From: Fidelibacterota bacterium
GTDB taxonomy: Bacteria; Fidelibacterota; Marinisomatia; Marinisomatales; UBA1611
Reading direction: 5' to 3'
NCBI GenBank assembly: GCA_028101095.1
Contig: JAOHKG010000001.1
Coordinates: 1,332 to 65,331, forward strand
DNA: 64,000 nucleotides
Part shown: one piece after another, positions 59,547 through 64,000 of the stretch
How positions within the stretch are numbered: position 1 is the stretch's first letter
How the letters are laid out: each line of letters opens with the position of its first letter
The notes under the pieces: generated by a model
What the model saw: the letters and a program-made list of their open reading frames with translations, nothing else
Told to the model about the DNA's origin: nothing
The model's database searches: none
Position numbers and translations under genes: made by a program

Positions 59547-61696
59547 TGAGATTGATAATTTTAAACCTAGTTCTTTTATCCTCATTGTTTGGCATATGGC
59601 TAACTCAAGAACAAGCTGTCTTAAGCCCTCCTTTCAAAACAGCTTCTTTAGGATGGAAAATTAACTATCCATTTGATGACTCCTACATAATAAGAGGGGA
59701 TGGCGATAAATGGAAGTCTTGGTTTCGAGTAGATTTATTAACAGATGATACAACACTATTTCTTGATGACTCTACTTTTAACTATAAAGGTGATGATTTA
59801 TATGTGAGTGATTTTATTTTTTCTAAAAATGGTAACAAAATATTAATAAAGACAGATTCAAAGCAGATTTGGCGACATTCAACTGAGGGTACATACTATG
59901 TTTATGATAGAATATCAGAACATCTGATGCCTCTAACGGAAGATAATTCTAAATTAAGAAATGTAAAGTTTTCTCCAGATGAAAAGAACATAGCTTTTAT
60001 AAAGAGTGACAATAACATTTATGTTTTTAATATTCAAACAAAAAGGCAAAAAAAGCTAACAACAAGTGGATCAGAAACAATTTCAAACGGACACTTTGGA
60101 TGGTTGTATGAAGAAGAATTAACTGGTTTCGATGGCTACAGGTGGTCGCCTGATAGTGAAAATATAGCATATTGGGAAGAAGATGAATCTAAGGTCCCCG
60201 AATATTCACTCATAAATGATTTAGGTTTATATCCGAAAGTTACAAAAATAAGATATCCTAAGGTTGGGCAAACTAATCCATCATTACGAATAGGGGTAAT
60301 CAGGGTTAAAGGGGCTGGGAAAAAATGGATTTCAGGAGCTTTTACTAATGATGATTACTTACCATGGATGGAATGGGTGAATAATGATAGATTAGGTTTT
60401 ACTAAAATGGGTAGAAGGCAAAAAAAATGGGATTTATTTATTTCTAACAAAGCAAATGGAAGTTCTCATAAAATACTATCAGAATCAGACCCTAACGGCT
60501 GGGTAGATAACCATGGGGAAATATATTTTTTAAAAGATGGAAAGGTATTATGGATATCGGAAAATTCGAAGTTTAAGCATATTTGGATCTCGAAGCATTC
60601 AGGCTCTAAAAAATGGGCTTTAACTGAGGGAGAATGGGAAGTATCAAAAGTTGTTTATATCAATGAGAAAGAAAATGTAGTTTATTTTATTGGAAATAAG
60701 GAATCTGTTTTTGACCAGAATTTGTATTCTATCAGACTAGATGGCACTGATTTAAAGCTCCTTACAAGGGAAGCTGGATTTCATAATGTTGAGGTTACAA
60801 ATAGCGGGAAATATTTTATTGACTCTTATTCAAGCTCAAAAAATCCAATGAAGATAGCTCTCAGAGAACTAAAAACTGGTAAAACTATAAGAGTATTAAA
60901 AGAAACAGACGTTCAACAATACGTTAAATACGAATGGTCATATCCTAATATTACTAGCTTTAAAAGTTTAGATAAAAGTGTTGATTTATATGCTAGTATT
61001 ATTTTTCCACCCGATTTTTCAAAAAATAAACCATATCCTGTTATTATTCATGGTTATGGTATGCCTGGAACGCAATTAGTTTGGAATAAATGGGGAAAAA
61101 CTTTTGACCAATATCTTGCGCAGCAGGGTTATATAGTTTTTTCAATGGATACAAGAGGGATGAGTGGTCGTGGAGAAGATTTTAAAAACTATAGTTACGG
61201 AGACATGGCAAAATACTTAGCAGGAGACCAAATAGCTGGTATAAAATATCTAACAAGTAAAAAATATGTTGATAAAAGTCGTATCGGCGCTTGGGGTTGG
61301 AGCGGAGGTGGTTATTTTACATGTTTAATGCTAACAAAAAATGCAGAATATTTCAAAGCAGGTGTCGCAATTGCTCCGTGTACAGATTTTAGACTTTATG
61401 ACACGGCTTATACGGAGAGATCAATGGGGCTACTTTCTGAAAATAAAAAAGGATATGATTCAACGAATACTCTAAATTGGATAAATAAGATGAAAGGTAA
61501 GCTACTAATAATGCATGGATCTGAAGACGATAATGTTCACTCACAACATACAACTCATTTCATTAATAAGGCCCTAAGAGCTAATAAGAATGTTGTTTGG
61601 CATCAATACCCAGGTAGAAACCATGGTATCTACGGAGGTGGAGCAAGAAAAGATCTCTATAATAAGATGATAGAGTTTTTCAGAGAAAACCTGTAA
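59546..61696 (+). CDS. dipeptidyl-peptidase IV family serine peptidase (S9B)
   Basis: The 716-aa ORF has a signal-like N-terminus and a DPP-IV beta-propeller region (WSPD, YPKVG). The catalytic domain carries GWSGGGY, DDNVH and NHG. Confidence 0.85.
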   Translation: MRLIILNLVLLSSLFGIWLTQEQAVLSPPFKTASLGWKINYPFDDSYIIRGDGDKWKSWFRVDLLTDDTTLFLDDSTFNYKGDDLYVSDFIFSKNGNKILIKTDSKQIWRHSTEGTYYVYDRISEHLMPLTEDNSKLRNVKFSPDEKNIAFIKSDNNIYVFNIQTKRQKKLTTSGSETISNGHFGWLYEEELTGFDGYRWSPDSENIAYWEEDESKVPEYSLINDLGLYPKVTKIRYPKVGQTNPSLRIGVIRVKGAGKKWISGAFTNDDYLPWMEWVNNDRLGFTKMGRRQKKWDLFISNKANGSSHKILSESDPNGWVDNHGEIYFLKDGKVLWISENSKFKHIWISKHSGSKKWALTEGEWEVSKVVYINEKENVVYFIGNKESVFDQNLYSIRLDGTDLKLLTREAGFHNVEVTNSGKYFIDSYSSSKNPMKIALRELKTGKTIRVLKETDVQQYVKYEWSYPNITSFKSLDKSVDLYASIIFPPDFSKNKPYPVIIHGYGMPGTQLVWNKWGKTFDQYLAQQGYIVFSMDTRGMSGRGEDFKNYSYGDMAKYLAGDQIAGIKYLTSKKYVDKSRIGAWGWSGGGYFTCLMLTKNAEYFKAGVAIAPCTDFRLYDTAYTERSMGLLSENKKGYDSTNTLNWINKMKGKLLIMHGSEDDNVHSQHTTHFINKALRANKNVVWHQYPGRNHGIYGGGARKDLYNKMIEFFRENL

Positions 61697-61796
61697 AATC
61701 ATTTATATATATATGTTTCTATTTTAATTCATTTAAACTGTAAATTTCACTATGTTTAAGGAATATAATTAAAAACAAAAAATAGTGTTAATAAAT

Positions 61797-62756
61797 ATGA
61801 AAAATTCATTTATCGCTTCTTTCTTTTTTACCTTGGCTATTCTAGGTGCACAAAACTATAAAAATGTTGAAGCTTATCAAGATGGCCTAAGTATCACAGT
61901 AAAATATGATATGTCAGGAGAACTATTTAGAGGAGACCAGGTCGCTCTTACATTTTCCATTGATGGAGGAAAGTCATACTCCTTTATTAAAGATGCAGAA
62001 GGTGATTTGGGGGCTAAAGTTTTACCTGGTAAAAATAACGAGATTAACTGGTTATTAATTGATAAAGATTTTATTGTAGGTAAAATTCTAAATTTTAGGA
62101 TTGTAACAATTCCAGAAGGGATGGCTTATGTTGATGGTGGTCAATATACTCGTGTTAATATAAACGCCAAGAAAAATGAAAAGTCCGAACATACAGTTGC
62201 TCTTGGTAGTTACTTAATTGATAAAACTGAAGTAACTCAAAGAGAATATCGGCATGTAATGGGTAAATTTGCTTCTGATTATTCAGGATGTATGGAATGT
62301 CCAGTAGAAAATGTTTCTTGGTATGATGCGATGGACTATGCAAAAAAAATAGGCAAACGGCTTCCTACTGAAGCAGAATGGGAATTTGCAGCTAGAGGTG
62401 GTAAGAATTACAACAAATCTAATTCCTATTCAGGTTCAAATAAGATTAATGATGTTGCATGGTTTTTAGCTAACACTGACAGTAAGCAGCCAGTTGGTAA
62501 AAAGAAGCCAAATGAACTTGGTATTTACGATATGAGTGGTAATGTTTGGGAATGGTGTTCCGATTGGTATCATGACGACTATTTTCAAATTGCCAGCAAA
62601 ACTAATCCTACAGGACCAGATTATGGGACTGAAAGAGTTGTTCGAGGAGGTTCTTGGTTTAGTAATGATGTTTTTTGTGATGTCACAAGGCGTTACAAAT
62701 TAAAACCAGATTATAGAGATACAAATTTTGGATTTAGGTGTGTCAAAGATTTATAA
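61797..62756 (+). CDS. formylglycine-generating enzyme (SUMF1/EgtB/PvdO) family protein
   Basis: The ORF has a signal-like N-terminus. It carries VSWYDAMDYAKKIGKRLPTEAEWEFAARGG, GNVWEWCSDWY, RVVRGGSW and GFRCV. The ORF track offers an alternative GTG start at 61785. Confidence 0.85.
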   Translation: MKNSFIASFFFTLAILGAQNYKNVEAYQDGLSITVKYDMSGELFRGDQVALTFSIDGGKSYSFIKDAEGDLGAKVLPGKNNEINWLLIDKDFIVGKILNFRIVTIPEGMAYVDGGQYTRVNINAKKNEKSEHTVALGSYLIDKTEVTQREYRHVMGKFASDYSGCMECPVENVSWYDAMDYAKKIGKRLPTEAEWEFAARGGKNYNKSNSYSGSNKINDVAWFLANTDSKQPVGKKKPNELGIYDMSGNVWEWCSDWYHDDYFQIASKTNPTGPDYGTERVVRGGSWFSNDVFCDVTRRYKLKPDYRDTNFGFRCVKDL

Positions 62757-62775
62757 AATAAGCGGATAAAATACT

Positions 62776-63933
62776 ATGTATTACATAAAAAAAATTGTTC
62801 CAATCGTACTAATTACCATTTTTTATAGTTGTAGTTCTTCAAAGCCGAAAGCTACGATACAATTATCGAAAAATAGTAAAAAGATGAATACTCGTCCTTC
62901 TGAGATCAAAAAAAATATTTATCCTTCTTCTCAAAAAGCTAATGTACAAAAAGATAATAAGTTGAAAAATTGGCAGAAAGTGGATTTCGATAAATTAGAA
63001 TCTGACTACTTTTCGAACTCGGTCAAAACAGATACAAATAAAAATAAAATTGAGATTAGTCAAAATAAAATAAAAAACTTAGAGACTTTACCCGAAAAAG
63101 TAAGTACAAAAACGAAGATTGAAACTATCCCCCAATTAAACACTAATCTTAAAAATGGTTATAGTAACTCATTGCGCGTCAAAACAGTTTATGAAATTGC
63201 TACAGAGACACAACCAAATCTTTTTCTTCCTCATGATGAATTTGAAACAGCCAGAGAATATAAGACAAGAGTAACTGAACAAGTCAAGTTGATGAAAGAA
63301 ATTGTCCTAATGACATCACAAAAAATGGACATCAGAAATGCACAGAGAATTAAAATTGCTAAAGAAAAAGAACTTAAAAAAGTTTCTCTAATCCAATCAT
63401 TAATGGCAGAATCTTCTTCAAATCTTGAGTTCTCACCCAATGATATCGGAAGATATAACCCAGAAAAAGAGACTTTCCCCGTAGTTCTTCATGATGTTCA
63501 ATATCAAATATCGGTTCCAAGAGAAGAGGCTAGAACATTTAAAGAAAATTTTGAGTTGATAAAAATTAGAGGAATAAAACAATTAAAGCCTAGATATGAC
63601 ATATCCATTACGGCAAAAAAAGCACATATAAGAAGTCGTCCAAATGGATCTATAATTGGAATAGCTAGTAATGGTGATATATTTGAACATGTCCAAGATG
63701 AAGATGAATGGCATAAGATCAACTTTAAAGGGCAATTTGGATTTACCCATCAAAATAATGCTGATTTGAAGTTAGTGGATATTGCAAATGAATATGAATA
63801 TCTTGATTTAGTGGCAATACATCCGACTACCGGTTCACTTTTCACAATGATATCTGTCGACGAATTAGTAAAAGCTCCTCTAAACCTAGCTTCAAGAAAA
63901 ATATCTGAGTCAGGCTTAGTTGATGGACCTTAG
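62776..63933 (+). CDS. hypothetical lipoprotein with a C-terminal SH3b-like domain
   Basis: The 385-aa ORF has a lipobox-like IFYSCSS and a Lys/Asn-rich linker. The C-terminal AHIRSRPNGSIIGIASNGDIFEHVQDEDEWHKINFKGQFGFTH looks like a bacterial SH3 domain. Confidence 0.5.
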   Translation: MYYIKKIVPIVLITIFYSCSSSKPKATIQLSKNSKKMNTRPSEIKKNIYPSSQKANVQKDNKLKNWQKVDFDKLESDYFSNSVKTDTNKNKIEISQNKIKNLETLPEKVSTKTKIETIPQLNTNLKNGYSNSLRVKTVYEIATETQPNLFLPHDEFETAREYKTRVTEQVKLMKEIVLMTSQKMDIRNAQRIKIAKEKELKKVSLIQSLMAESSSNLEFSPNDIGRYNPEKETFPVVLHDVQYQISVPREEARTFKENFELIKIRGIKQLKPRYDISITAKKAHIRSRPNGSIIGIASNGDIFEHVQDEDEWHKINFKGQFGFTHQNNADLKLVDIANEYEYLDLVAIHPTTGSLFTMISVDELVKAPLNLASRKISESGLVDGP

Positions 63934-63950
63934 AAAAACTTAGAAAATAT

Positions 63951-64000
63951 GGGGCTGTAGCTCAGTTGGGAGAGCGCTTCAATGGCATTGAAGAGGTCAT
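63951..64000 (+). tRNA. tRNA-Ala (anticodon GGC), 5' portion; truncated by the window end
   Basis: GGGGCTGTAGCTCAGTTGGGAGAGCG-CTTCA-AT[GGC]AT-TGAAG-AGGTCAT shows a typical Ala acceptor and D-arm. The 3' part lies outside the window. Confidence 0.8.

Overview
This is an AT-rich (roughly 30% GC by eye) bacterial chromosomal segment that uses the standard genetic code: TGA ends many ordinary genes here. Nearly every gene is on the + strand and tightly packed, often with overlapping stop and start codons. Two T9SS/FlgD-Ig-type C-terminal sorting domains, together with the gene content, suggest a marine member of the FCB superphylum (Marinimicrobia- or Ignavibacteria-like). That placement is inference only.

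The content is mostly housekeeping:
- Metabolism: ilvD-ilvB-ilvN-ilvC, gdhA, pgk-tpiA-secG, nadE, accA, and an acyl-CoA carboxyltransferase.
- Replication, repair and translation: recN, uvrC, uvrB, asnS, lepA and a UDG-family glycosylase.
- Envelope and transport: acpS, murA, trkA-trkH, lgt, an RmlD/GT2/GT2/WecA glycan module, ppiD, DPP-IV and an FGE-family protein.
- Regulation: a receiver-less sigma-54 activator next to an LptE-like lipoprotein.
- tRNAs: CAT, Leu-GAG, and a partial Ala-GGC at the right edge.

I found no CRISPR array, transposase, integrase, phage gene or recognisable defence system.

The observations worth a second look are:
1. A thioredoxin-fold lipoprotein (53252-54283) has a single in-frame TGA exactly at the first Cys of the WCxxC motif. 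This makes it a candidate UxxC selenoprotein, and a small hairpin lies downstream. ORF calling missed the N-terminal half.
2. Four translationally coupled, uncharacterised envelope proteins (41977-48402) include a 1080-aa putative beta-barrel and an Omp85-like protein.
3. A 992-aa protein combines two receiver-like domains with a PPDK-N ATP-grasp domain but has no phosphohistidine domain.
4. A secreted protein carries about 17 short DT(T)-centred repeats.
5. pgk is broken by a G10 homopolymer.
6. An orphan T9SS sorting-domain fragment lies at 2057-2254.
7. A possible Ile/Leu-rich leader peptide lies upstream of ilvD.

All family assignments come from motifs I recognised by eye. No database search was run.
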